Below, piece by piece: positions 40,051 through 53,410 of a stretch of DNA of 64,000 nt; position 1 is the first letter of the stretch; each line of letters starts with the position of its first letter. Under the pieces are notes generated by a model that worked only from the letters and a program-made list of their open reading frames with translations, was not told the origin of the DNA and did no database searches. Origin of the DNA: Glycera tridactyla (Eukaryota); NCBI GenBank assembly GCA_965644265.1, contig OZ286470.1, positions 30,566,001 through 30,630,000 on the forward strand, written 5' to 3'. The position numbers were made by a program, and so were the translations under genes.

Positions 40051-41055
40051 TTTGTTCACAAGGATTATTCAGACAGGCGGTGCATGGCAAGAAATATGTT
40101 GAGTAATCGAACACGATCCTAAATACATTATTTGTCCCATACTCGTGAACAGGTCTCTCTGAATCAGGTAACACATTTGTTCACAAAGATTCTTCAGACT
40201 GGCGGTGGATGGCGAGAGATATGTTGAGTGATCGAACATGATCCTAAATACATTATTTGTCCCATACTCGTGAACAGGTATCTCTGAATCAGGTAAAAAA
40301 ATGTATCCACAAAAATTCTTCAGACAGGCGGAGCATTGCAAGAAATATGTTGAGTAATCGAACACGATCCTGAATACATTATTTGTCCCATACTCGTGAA
40401 CAGGTCTCTCTGAATCAGGAGACAAATTTGATCACAAGGATTCTTCAGACAGGCAGTGCATGGCGAGAAATATGTTGAGTGATTGAACCCCATCCTCAAT
40501 ACATTATTTATTCCATACTCGTGAACAGGTATCTCTGAATCAGGTAACAGATTTGTTCACGAAGATTATTCAGACAGGCGGTGCATTGCAAGAAACATGT
40601 TGGGTAATCAAACACGATCCTGAATACATTATTCATCCCATACTCGTGAACAGTATGTCTGGATCAGGTAACAAATTTGTTCACAAGGATTTTTCGAACA
40701 GGGGGGGGGGGGGAGCATTGTGAGAGATACGTTGATTAATCGAACAGGATCCTCGATACATTTTCTGTCCCATACTCGTGAACAGGTTTCTCTGAATCAG
40801 GAGACAAATTTGTTCACAAGGATTCTTCAGACAGGCGGTGCATTGCGAGAAGTATGTTGAGTAATCGAACATGATCCTCAATACATTATTTGTCCCATAC
40901 TCGTGAACAAGTATCTCTGAATCAGGAGACAAATTCGTTCACAAGGATTCTTCAGACCAGCGGTACATCGCGAGAAATATGTTGAATAATCGAACACGAT
41001 CTTCAATACATTATCTGCCCCATACTCGTGAACAGTATGTCTGAATCAGGTAACA
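40051..41055. repeat. Tandem satellite array, ~125-bp unit, about 8 copies
   Basis: TTTGTTCACAAGGAT-like anchor at about 40051, 40176, 40301, 40427, 40552, 40676, 40809 and 40934. One unit carries a G-run insertion near 40701-40713. Confidence 0.95.
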
Positions 41056-42767
41056 ATGAAGAGGTGAAGTGCTTTCAATTGTGAATGGGTTATGGTCAAA
41101 CTTTCTAGTGGAGTAACGTTGACGTTGTTCCAAGTTCGGCCGCTCAATGAACATCATCATATGAATGTGACATTTTCAATGAAGTATCAGGTGTTGTGTA
41201 TTCTGTGTGATACTACGAAGCTTGGCGGGAAGTACTTTTTGAGAATTGTTCTACTTATCCATGTCATGAAAAAGCGAAAATATATGGCCATGAGGCGAAA
41301 ACGCAATACCGAACCCGGTTTGAATTTCGCTGGATCTTCATGACATACAGCGAAATTCTCTCCTCGGTTGGTGTCGCAATTTCACTCCACGGTCATATAT
41401 TCTTGCTATATTACCCTATTCACAATTTAGCTGGGCTGCTTATTCTAATTGATACTCTCAAATGAGATGATCTTCACATCTTACTTCGAGAATCATTGGT
41501 ATCCTGTGTATAGGCTCTGAGTGTATCAGATAATTGAAACTGAACGTTGCAGAAAATGAACCTGTTAGAGATCTGATGCAGATATGTGATGGTCGAATTA
41601 TGGTGCATTGTTACGTAATCTGTTCATCACGATTGGTTGCCCTATCTTCGTTCATGTGTCGATCCTACCAATGTCCAAACAAGAAAAATGTACCAAGAGT
41701 TTGTTTCAAGAGTTTTGGTTGAATCGCAGATCAACTCAATTCTATTCAATGATTGATATGTTGAATGCCAACGAATCTTGATCTTCTTCTGAACGTTTCT
41801 GGTATCCACGATGTCTACGAGATGCCTGACAGTGAGATCATCGATATTGGAATGAGCAATATACAAATGTGAAAATTCTTCGCATCACAAATCTCATGCA
41901 GAAAAATATGAACGTCTCGTGATCAAATGGCCAGCTCCGGAAGTATAGCCTTGGAAATTGATTACTAGAATGCCATCAATTGGTCTCCCTCAGCCAGGGC
42001 CATGATATAAAAGTGCGTATGCGGCCTTTTATCGCCTCATGAAACTGTATTACGACTAGATATATGTGCGCATTCACCATACTAGTTTGAGAAACTTCCG
42101 AGATATACTGCACATTAAAATGACTTGGACAAGAGATGTATTGATACATTATTGACCTGATGAAAATGAAATGTGATGAATGGAGCTTCAGAATGGACCG
42201 AAAATACATTCGGAGATTGTGACGCATTCGGCTGAATCTGTATGGACTAAAATCCATGCACAAATTCATGCATTTCATGAGTTAACGAGACATCAATCCA
42301 AAGGAACCGATGTCATAGCTGAAGGTTAAATGACCCATGGCAAGACAATATGAAAGTTTTATATACTGGATTCACGCGCTTATGCAGATTAATGGCTGGC
42401 ATTATGTGAGCGGTAAGTGTGAACCAGCAAAGATGGTTGGATGAATATTATTCATGGCATATGAATCCTCGATGGTGCCTGAGGGGATCCGCTGGAAACA
42501 CTGCTTACATATCCATGATTCATCAATGATTGTATTCATCGATGCCATTACGCCTTGGTGACAGAGATGGTGATTTGTCAGAGAGCAATCTCAAGTCGTT
42601 AAAGCAGTTTCAGCTGATCACAGAATTGAATATTGCAGGGTCAGATTCAAGCGAGCTACGATACATACCAATAAATTGAGATTGGGAAAACTATATATCA
42701 ATTGATAGATCAGTTCATGAACTCAGATACCAGATGATATATGGTCACCAAGGATAGTTTTGCAACC

Positions 42768-43167
42768 GTTGCTATGGCAACAAATGCCATGAAGATGCCC
42801 GATTTTTAGACATTTTTGCATGGCGCAATGCCAATCTACATTACAGTGGGTCATATTTGGTGTCCATCCATTCACTCCTCAACGCTGGACATTTCGACAT
42901 TGGCACAATTCTTAATTTGACCTTAGAAATTCTGCAAAACACATTTTAGTGTGAAAATTCAGGCTCAGATTTCTCATTTTTCACCACAAAAATAAATTTC
43001 ACGGAGGACCCGTCGCCTGACTAAAAATTGTGCTAATGCCGAAATGTCTAGCCCATTAAGATGCACATCTCCATACCAAACATGGATGAAATTATGCAGT
43101 ATTGGCATTGCGCCAGGCCTTGATAGGAAAACTATATGACAAAATCCGATTCAGTTGCCATGGCAAC
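42768..43167. mobile_element. Foldback element, copy B, with X-box palindromes at both ends
   Basis: GTTGCTATGGCAAC 42768-42781 and GTTGCCATGGCAAC 43154-43167. Arms: TGGCGCAATGCCAAT 42821-42835 / ATTGGCATTGCGCCA 43101-43115 (15/15) and 42888-42910 / 43026-43048 (21/23). Confidence 0.7.
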
Positions 43168-45589
43168 CAGTCAACAGTTGACAATGGCCTATAGAGTTTG
43201 GTATTGACATTTACATTAGGTTGTGACCAATATGAAAATATATGATTGTCTGTACTTTCTGAATGATGGTCGGATGATTTTCAGGGTATACCCGATCCCA
43301 GTCAAGCATTTTCGGGAATCTGTGAAAACGGCATTAATCACTTGAGATGTGTTTGATGAGCCATTAGTTTTCCAAATTCGATGACTTAGTGATAGAATGC
43401 TAACAACTTTATATATTGAGAATCAATGAAGAAATGGTCTCTCGTCATCTGTGTCTAGTCGTCGGCGGAAGCAGATAGCTTTTATTGAGGCGATATAGTT
43501 GAACTATGATCCAACTTGATGCAATGTCAGCCTTGTCTTTCATGAAACGGGAATTTGAATGCGGTATTAGGGAGGATAAGGGAGGGATGCCGCCTGGTTT
43601 AGTAGTAGCATCTCTACACTTGACCACAATGTAAAACGGCTGCCGTTGCAGCTATTCATGGGATAGGACCGTGATGAGCATGTGAGCATGCGCATGACAG
43701 TATGGCTGTACCATTATATACATTAATACTCACAGACTACATGAGTCTGGGACACTCAGTTTTGGCATGAGCTACACGCCACAAAGATTGAATGCTGATG
43801 TAAGCACGTATCTGGGATCTGAGAACAATGGTCTAGTGGTCGTGCTACATCGTGACTACCAGCTACTCCGATACCCCTCCTCAGCATATACGCACATGCA
43901 GACACAAGAACGGGGGTCGAAAATTCAATCACAGACAGGGCATCACACCTTGTCTAGACCTATTACTCATAAATAGCAGACAACAACATTGGAATGACCA
44001 GCACTTTTAAGCTCTGACAGTGGTACTGGGCTGAGATCAGACAAAACGGTGAAACAGACAAAGAAACTGATAAACGAACAGAAGGTTGCATGGATCGACC
44101 AATATCGAATGTTCCAATAGGATAGAGGGACAATAGGAAAATGGTTCAGGGATTTTGTTCCATCACATCAAATGTCACCGTGTGACCCATTGCTCCATTT
44201 ATTATGCAGGTAAAAATATAGGAGGGCGATATCATCGGTCACCACAATCCATGAATCTGAACAATAGGGATGTTGGATGAGGAGGAGGGTTCGAGGTTGG
44301 ATTTGGGACCTACTGATATCGGCAGTCACAGCGACACAATGCTCAAATAGAGTAATAGAGAGGAGAAAATTAGATGAGCAATAGGGAGCTACGAATGATG
44401 GAGAAGAGAGGAGGAGGCTGAGGTACTGATATCGAGAGTGAGTATAAGTCAGTTCCCCAAAGCGAACAATGATATACGTCATATGAAGGACTTTGCCTTC
44501 TGACCGGCGACTGTTTGAAATGAATAAAGCAACTTTTACATGCTGCCATGTGATCAGTTCAAAAACGACTCGAAAGACTTCTTGCTCTTGCAATTAGATT
44601 GATACATAGACAGAACGACATGAGTATGTGATATGAGAGCTGTGATCGGGAGGCCGGCGGCAGGGACACCTCGAGAGCGCGGAGCGATCCCAGGTCGAGT
44701 GTCAAATACGCATATCATTCTGTTTTTATCACATAATATCATCATTCAAGCCTTGAATAAGCGTTTGATCAGTGAAATCTAGCAATATCGATGTTTAAAA
44801 ACATCTCAATCCACGCCTACTGGTGTCGTTAACATCGCTGTTTCAAATCCGGCGTCGGCGCTCCGCACGGCGGCGACGCATGCGCTGATAGCTAGGGTGG
44901 AATCTGGATCAGTATCACCTGGGCCTGTGATACGCATTCCTTCATCACATGGTGGTAGAAAGGCCACTTTCTTGCCGATATCACGTTCTCAGCCATCATA
45001 TTATGTGATAAAATATTTATTTTGTTCCTGTAATGAACAATATACTGATGTACATTATAGATACGTAATTTATTTTGATTTATTTTCATTGATATTATCA
45101 CATTTTGCAATGAGGATCATACGTACGTACATGGTTCACCGATGCGATCTCGGTACATTCATTCAAAATATGTGAAGCGCGATAGCATTTGATAACTACA
45201 GGAAAAAAGTAGTGAATTGATATTTCATTTACAATAGTATATCCTACTTTACAATAGTATATCCTACTTTACTAACCATGTGCTGTTACAACTAACACCA
45301 TTTGGATATCTCAAACGATATACTAGAAATGGCGGCTCCCGGCAGTTCACTGTATGTATCCGTTGTATAATGAATTCTCATTGCATTCTAATGGACACGA
45401 TGGCGGGCTGAGTTCAAAACCCAGAAACTGGCTTGAGGTACATGTCACGAGGATTTAATGCTGATGTGAACAGGTATCTTGGATCTGGGAACAGTGATCT
45501 TAGGCTAGTGGTGGTGATATGAAGTGAATATGAGCTACTCTGATACCAATCCTCAGCTTATAGGCATATGAATGTAAGTGTATGTGGAA

Positions 45590-45725
45590 ACTACATCAAG
45601 CAACCACTGAATTCAGCAACCACATGTCTTAAGCAGTCACTTTTCGAAATCCCGCCAGAGTATTTTCCACAATAATTCACCTGTATCAAGCAACCACTTG
45701 TCTTAAGCAACCATCTTTTCATTTC
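45590..45725. mobile_element. Fragment of a pogo-like MITE family (AAGCAACCAC sub-repeats)
   Basis: Repeated TCAAGCAACCAC / TTAAGCAACCA motifs, with an architecture similar to the 10474-10662 element. Termini not seen. Confidence 0.35.
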
Positions 45726-47025
45726 CGATGGTGGTTGCTGATGTTATACTGTACTCGTTGTATGAGAGAGTCTTATTCTATTCTAAAGGACATAATAGCG
45801 GGGATGTAGCCCCACGGTCTCTGGTCAACAATGGGGAGCTCCAACTTATGGAGACTGAGGAAAAAAGTGGAGGCCTTATGAAATCAGCAAGCATCAGGAT
45901 CAAATTCTCCAGGTAATTGGGGCTGACAATTGATAGGATTGAGGAACAATAATGTGGTACACTGTCATCGGCTGTCACAACGACCTAATGCTCCGACAAT
46001 ATAGAGAGCTTCGTGTGATATGAAGGATAAAACGGGTGCGCGCCATTTTGTTACAAACGGATCTAGCAATCGTACACAGGATAATAGTCCATTCTGTCAG
46101 AATTGTAAATATGAACAGGATGAATTCAGTCAATTCTGCGTACATCTCAATTGAGATCACCTAGTTTGAATTTTTCATTGGTAGAATGTTAATAAAATGG
46201 GTTTTTTTTGTTTCGCATCTACCGGCTTGGACCCTCATCTGTTCATCTAGAAACAAGATGATTCGACTGTTCCACTGTAGCTAAGGTGTTAAAGGCGATA
46301 TGAGAAACCACGCATCAACCAAACAGCTGATTCGACCATGACCTTGATCAAGGTATGTATCCAATTATCTGTCGATGGAAAATGCCCTACCGACCACAAG
46401 CCGAGCTTCTGGAGTAGGTTGGTATGTACCAGATATTTGCAATCAAGCTCATTCAGCGGAGAAGAGCTCTGGTACCGCCAGCGCATGGCATAGTAGAAAT
46501 ATGTATTGGTATGGGTGGAACGGTGTAGGGTTTAGTTTCTGGATGTTCACATGGAAGCACTGTCTGGCAGTCTAGTATCTGCTCTTGGTGCGGCTCTCAC
46601 GGGAGAGGTGAATGGTTCATCTATCACGCAAGACGATGACAGGCATAACAAATTGACTAGAAAGGAGAATCCAATCATACGGATTTTTGGCGGAACGATG
46701 TAGCGGACTTTCGAAGACCCGAAACTCAAACAATTCCACCATGCCAACATCGTCGTAATCATCAGAGATGCANNNNNNNNNNNNNNNNNNNNNNNNNNNN
46801 NNNNNNNNNNNNNNNNNNNNNNNNNNNNNNNNNNNNNNNNNNNNNNNNNNNNNNNNNNNNNNNNNNNNNNNNNNNNNNNNNNNNNNNNNNNNNNNNNNNN
46901 NNNNNNNNNNNNNNNNNNNNNNNNNNNNNNNNNNNNNNNNNNNNNNNNNNNNNNNNNNNNNNNNNNNNNNNNNNNNNNNNNNNNNNNNNNNNNNNNNNNN
47001 NNNNNNNNNNNNNNNNNNNNNNNNN

Positions 47026-47054
47026 AGCAGAAGCAGCAGCAACAGCAGCAACAG
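47026..47054. repeat. (GCA)n-like trinucleotide tract at a gap edge
   Basis: AGCAGAAGCAGCAGCAACAGCAGCAACAG. Confidence 0.8.
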
Positions 47055-48944
47055 CTTTTTGAATGGGACCATTCGCATGACTGTAATCTGTCTGGTGTTG
47101 GCCATGGGAATGAAGTATAATGCTATGTATGAGAGTATGCCAGGATTAGACTTGACTTGATTCAATATATTGTTAGATAAGTTCCTCAGAACTGGTACAC
47201 CTGTCTCTTACAAGAGCTATACTCAATGCCGAGTCCAATAGCCTATCTGTCCTGACCGATTGGTCTGCTGCTATACCATCATACAGAACTTCACAGTGAG
47301 AAACAATCTGTAGTTTCAGCGTTTTCAAAAGCCGGATAGTGATAATGAAGCTCCTGAACCTACGAAAATCCCCTAACCGTTTGTTGACTTTTTTTTACCG
47401 CATGATTGACGTGGTCTTTGAAAAAACACCTCAATGGTTCAGAAAATCACAGGTGCTTGTTCTGAAGTCATTATTCGTCATTGCAACCGAGTGTTCCATC
47501 TAGTCTATCTCGATCCATGTGGAAATATTCTATCCAGGCATTGAGTGTGTTATCTCCATAGTTACCATGACAACTTGAACAAACTTTCTTTGGTAATAAC
47601 AGCTCCATTCATTCCATTTTCTGGCTGCTTACACTAATGCACCCATTCAGACTACAACCGAAGAGGAGCCAAGCAAAATTTGATATTGCTAATACGTGTT
47701 AGACAGAGTTTCACATTCATCAGATACTGCATAAGCCCCACCTCAGCACACCCTGAACGACGTAATCAATAAAGTCGATATTCACTTTATTTGATTGGAG
47801 GCGTTCATAATAACATGGATGAGAGAAAATCGTTACTAACCCCGACCTCCAGTCTTCAGTGTGCCATCAAAAGAATTCCGCACCAATACATCACATTTTC
47901 GGTCGTAATTTTATTTATAGATGTATAGCGAAAAGATAGACTTGGGGGTGACCTGATTGCAGTGTGACGGAGGGCAGCAGGCAGCGTCTGATGAAATAGT
48001 TTGGTTATCTCAGAAGCAGATGAGTAGGAGTGTGTGGAGGTTGTTACATGGCAGGAACTCTGGTAGCATTATAACCTATTGAATGTGATGCAATAACCCT
48101 GTTTATAATCCACCTACATGCAATTGCTGAGGAAGAAGTGTAAAAATTGCCTCAGTGGCATTTGTATCCATTTGAATTTTTCGCAGATTGTGTATTGTGC
48201 CTGATCATCTATTGTTTTGTCATTGACTGTTGCTATTGCCTGACATTTTGTGTACTATATTGAGATCCCAGGTCATCAACAAGGTAAAGGGCAAGCATTC
48301 GCTGACAGGGTCATCCTTGGAAAGAGTCTATTCCATAAGGTGTGAGTCACCATCAGGCGCATATTTGTAGCATCTCATTGCACATCATCCATATCAACAC
48401 GAGTGTATGTCCGAATATTTGTATCTGTATTTTGTTCATTCGTATTACGTCTGTATTTTGCGAAAGGATTGATCGTATATGTATTGCTGATATACCTAAG
48501 AAAAATGATATGACACATGCCTTCTCAGTAAATACATTTCAGAAACCTTTGAAGCCTTCCATGAATCAATACATGTCAAAGGATTAATGAATCATTTCGG
48601 TATTCCGTCCTACACATTCCTCAAACATTCGAAAGGATTGCTATGAATGTTGAGGTTGGCTATACCTGATTCAAATTATCACATGATGCTCAAATGTGTG
48701 TGCTCTCCCTGGCCATTGGCATCTAGTTGCCAGGCTTAAAAGCTTTCCCCGGATCGATATACCTAACAGCAGACTGGGGACAGTGGTCTTCATCGATTAC
48801 CCACACTCAGTCAATTGCAGAGTAAAACATCAACGGTGATGACGATGATAACACTTATAACAATCTTGGGGATTGCGATAAAATGGTGTTAAAAATGAGT
48901 GAGATTATAACGAGGATCTTACCCATTATATGAAAACTGTGAAA

Positions 48945-50008
48945 GTGATGATGAGGTAATAGTTATAACGTAATATTGTTGGTGAAACTGATGTTATAAA
49001 TTGTCTCCTCGGTAATATATATAACGCTGATTGTAATATTTCTGAATTTCTCCATCTCAAAATCGACATTCATGGGAGCGATATGGATGAAGTAACATTA
49101 ATGTATTTCGTTTCTCCCTTATGGTGTCCAAAGAATATTGACTGTGATGACATTGTTCTCTAAGGTCAGTCAATATGCATCCAAACCTCAATGCTATGTC
49201 AGCTCAGATTTGGCCTCATCGATATGTTAGCCATCTGAGATAAAAACATGCGATACCCACTATACCTTCATCATGGGTAAAATCTCGTTTGAAATACACA
49301 CTGACATCAAAACCGATGATGATTGCCATAATGATGANNNNNNNNNNNNNNNNNNNNNNNNNNNNNNNNNNNNNNNNNNNNNNNNNNNNNNNNNNNNNNN
49401 NNNNNNNNNNNNNNNNNNNNNNNNNNNNNNNNNNNNNNNNNNNNNNNNNNNNNNNNNNNNNNNNNNNNNNNNNNNNNNNNNNNNNNNNNNNNNNNNNNNN
49501 NNNNNNNNNNNNNNNNNNNNNNNNNNNNNNNNNNNNNNNNNNNNNNNNNNNNNNNNNNNNNATACCAATAATAGCAATGGTGATAAAGAGGATAACACAT
49601 ATAACAATTGTGGGAATCCGATGAATAGATAGTCCATCACGAATTATACTCATGATATTACTAACGGTAAAAAAAATGATGAGGTAATAGTAATAATGAT
49701 GCTGATGCTGCTGGTAGAAATGGTCTCCTTGATATTTTACATAACGCCGATGACATTCAAATATTTTTCAAATACTCCATCTCACAATTGACATTCATGG
49801 GAGCAATATGAATGAAGTAACATGAATGTATTTCGTCCCCTCTTATGATGTCCATAAGATATTGACTTTGATGGCATTGTTCTCCAAGGTCAGTCAATAT
49901 GCATCCAAACCACGGTGCTTTGCCTGCCTTGATTGATGCTGACCTCATCGACAAGTTAGCCATCTGAGAGAAAAACAGAATCTCGTTTGGTATCTATACT
50001 GACATAAA
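48945..50008. repeat. Local tandem duplication, ~730-bp period, interrupted by gaps
   Basis: About 49001-49310 aligns with about 49721-50008 (for example AAGGTCAGTCAATATGCATCCAAACC and GTTAGCCATCTGAGA). Copy 2 lacks about 30 bp near its end. Confidence 0.85.
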
Positions 50009-52505
50009 NNNNNNNNNNNNNNNNNNNNNNNNNNNNNNNNNNNNNNNNNNNNNNNNNNNNNNNNNNNNNNNNNNNNNNNNNNNNNNNNNNNNNNNNNNNN
50101 NNNNNNNNNNNNNNNNNNNNNNNNNNNNNNNNNNNNNNNNNNNNNNNNNNNNNNNNNNNNNNNNNNNNNNNNNNNNNNNNNNNNNNNNNNNNNNNNNNNN
50201 NNNNNNNNNNNNNNNNNNNNNNNNNNNNNNNNNNNNNNNNNNNNNNNNNNNNNNNNNNNNNNNNNNNNNNNNNNNNNNNNNNNNNNNNNNNNNNNNNNNN
50301 NNNNNNNNNNNNNNNNNNNNNNNNNNNNNNNNNNNNNNNNNNNNNNNNNNNNNNNNNNNNNNNNNNNNNNNNNGGTGAGTACGTTTTTCACCCTATCATT
50401 ACGAATTTGTATAAGATTGGGATGAAACTTGCAGAAAGATATGCTCGACATCTCTGACGATCAGAAATGTGATCTCGAATACTTTCAGTTGTATATCTCA
50501 CATAAGAACGCCAAATATGTCGATTTCAGGCTGGTAACAGGTTGGATGCGGCGATGGTATCTCCATTGTTCCATATACAAACATTGGCCGATGATGCTGG
50601 CAGATTTGCTGAAGAGATTGCTATGAAATGATGACGCATCCTACTCTCGAACATTAAGACTAGCTAAAACCAGGTCAAAGATCACCGGAACATCTATGAA
50701 CTATATTCTTGTCATTATTCCGCAGATCGGATAAAAATCACGAATTCAGGGTGTAAAACATGTCCCCCACATTTGGATTTGACTGAGTCAAAGTATCGCG
50801 GTTGAAGAGCCTGCAAGTATCGATGGCTATCGGTGATGTTCTGGATCACTGGTCGTCATAAGGTGGCAATGTGGGAGAGATAAATAGTGAAGAGGAGGGG
50901 AAAACTAAAGCGAGCGGCGGGAGAGTAATCAGTATTGATTATCAATCAACTCGGAACATTCTCTTGATGCACCTCTCGTTTTTTCTCACCCAATTCTATT
51001 AGTGCGAGTCGTTTACTTGTCCCATATGTCGTGTTTTTTTGCCTCGGTCGTTAGGATGTGGGCATTGATGGGAAACGTTCCTTGAGCTGTTCAACTTACT
51101 CTCGAAGTAAGGTGCAAGGTGTAAGGTTTCATAGGATGAATCGTTTTTTTTTCAACTCAGCTGACGCACAACACGTCTCTCTGCTACTTTGGAGACTCTC
51201 TCTACTGTCAAACGCGAGCACCGGCATCAAGTCCGTGCATTAGAAATTGCTCGCACAGTTTGTCCTTCGTTATGTTATTGCAGCGTCCTACTTATCAGTA
51301 TTTACATCCTTCCACACTTATTACCATTCAATCCTGAGTCATATCCTGAAGAATTAACACATATGTACATATTTATTCACATTCACTCACACTTTTAGAC
51401 CTATATACATTTATACACAGCTGGATATCATCATTATTTCAGGGGTCATTGTCAAAGGGGAAAGAGGGTGAAATAACTCATTCTATGGATATTCACAGGG
51501 GGAACCGGAAGTCACGGTCCAGTTCTGAATATCGAAACCTAGGTAGTTCATATGGAGTCTATAGAAATGCAGTGAAATGCATTTCCTTCACCCTACAAAT
51601 CAGTTGCATCCAATTCAGGTGATTTTACCCATTTCTTATGTGTTCAAGTACAGAGCTGATGACCGCCCGGGCACCTCAATCTAGCATGCCTCTTTGAGTG
51701 GTGAAGGTGAAAGCGGGTATGGGAGGGAGATCATTTTGACTGATTCAAAAACAAGAGCCTATTGCATCACTTGATGAAACAATCTGTAATCAACCCAACG
51801 CTCATGTTTTTTCCCACGTGTTCATATTTGGGCTCTCTGATGACATAGGTGAGCACTAGCCTGGGTTTCCGAAGGCTGAGCACAGACGCAGACCATGGAT
51901 TGATGGATGGACCTTAAATTCGAACGACTTGTGTCGCGTAAATCATTACCTATTCCATTAGTGGAAGCTTTGAGTTGACGTACGTGAGCACAAGCCTAAG
52001 ACCTTAATGTATGAGCAGGAACGTAGCTGGGGAAGAATATTTTTTTCTAGCTGCTTGCCATCTTAGACACAATTAGGCTATCCATTTCATCATTCACCGT
52101 GTTGATCTTGAACGGACGTTGTGGCCATCATGTATTCTGGAAGTTATAGTTGACATATGCTTTCATGCAACGGCGACGGTAACATATGATACAGGTAACG
52201 ATACATCATAGCAATTGAACGACTATTCATATAGCTCATACTGGCTACAACTCACATTGGTGGTTGTGTCAGTAACATTGCCCTATGAGTTTCTTCCCCC
52301 TATCGACACAAATGAGATCCAGCATAAATCATCAGACACTCAAGTGATTAATGCACTTTTCAAGGATTCCTGTAGGTTTGGCATCTTTCTTTCAATAAAC
52401 TTTTGGGATTTTCATATCACTGGGATTTGATACAGAAACCCATACATATAGTTATAGATTAGCTCATGGTCTTTCAAAATAGAGGACATTTTGTTGTCCC
52501 AAACC

Positions 52506-52868
52506 ATTGCCATGGCAACGAAATCAAAGAAATTATTCAGTTTCATGTTGTTCTGACCCAGCGCAAGACCAATATAGCTTGTAGAAAATCACATTCGGTA
52601 CCTTGTTGGCACAATTTTCAGTTGGGTCTCAAAAATCGAGAAAATTTCTGTATCGATTCAAAGCCAGAGTTTCACATTTCCAGCAACGGAAATGGGTTTT
52701 ATGAGAAAAATATCACCTCACTAAAAATTGTGCCAACACCTGAATATAAAGTCCCTGTGGCTACATATATCGATAGAAAAATTGGGAAAAAATAGTGCAG
52801 GGATGGTCCTGCGCTGGTTCAAAATATGCAAAATCAATTAAAATTCCTCATTTTGTTGCCATGGCAAT
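52506..52868. mobile_element. Foldback element, copy C, with X-box palindromes at both ends
   Basis: ATTGCCATGGCAAC 52506-52519 and GTTGCCATGGCAAT 52855-52868. Arms: GTTGGCACAATTTT 52605-52618 / AAAATTGTGCCAAC 52724-52737 (14/14) and CCAGCGCAAGACCA 52558-52571 / TGGTCCTGCGCTGG 52804-52817 (13/14). Shares TTGGCACAATT and CTAAAAATTGTGCYAA with copy B. Confidence 0.7.
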
Positions 52869-53159
52869 GAGTGAGAATTCACAGCTAACATGGAAATTCC
52901 AAGCTGTCAATTTAGGGACATCTGTGCCCTCCAAGAAAATGTATGATGTTTTATACATCATCTTCAAATTGAGGATACAGAAGACGGAAAATCAGTCCTA
53001 TACTGACGTTTTCAGGGATTTGATAAAAGTGTATTTATTACTTGAGCATGAAAGATGAGCATCATCAGTGCAAATGTTCTCATGAAAAAAATATATCATA
53101 GATCCAACACATTCCTTCGGTCGTGAATAGGCCTGTCTTAAAAGATGAGCCGTCAATCC

Positions 53160-53410
53160 CGACTCAATCAATCAATCAACCAGTTGGAACGGGCGTTAGT
53201 GAGCGAGGTCGGAGAAGTCGTTCTTTGGGCGTGTCAACTGACTCTCCAAATGGGGCGCCTTATTTATCTTGTATCTAGCCGGCACACTCAGGTTCCCAGA
53301 CGTCCTATTGAGGAAGGCTGAATGTTGACATATGGGCACTAGCTCCCATTCCCGAGGTGTGAGCTTGAACACGGGCGGCATTCTCGGGGCTACCTGCTAA
53401 CGCACCCTCG
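53160..53410 (-). mobile_element. Candidate degenerate SINE
   Basis: On the minus strand: weak A/B-box-like head (TTAGCAGGTAG ... GTGTTCAAGCTC), a central GTCAAC(AT)TCAGCCTTCC motif reminiscent of conserved SINE core domains, and a (TTGA)n 3' tail. Confidence 0.35.

Noticed and set aside
44635-44700. 7SL/Alu-domain-like TCGGGAGGC motif
   Set aside because: Only a ~10-nt match; the SRP RNA 5' domain and S domain are absent.
44850-44900. Helitron 3' end (GC hairpin followed by CTAG)
   Set aside because: CTAG is not followed by the required T, and no 5' TC end or family context was identified.
47700-47722. Second hammerhead on the minus strand (CTGATGAATGTGAAAC)
   Set aside because: No stem II and no stem I complementarity. 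Other CTGANGA hits checked (for example near 750, 3130, 13668 and 50454) also lack the stems.
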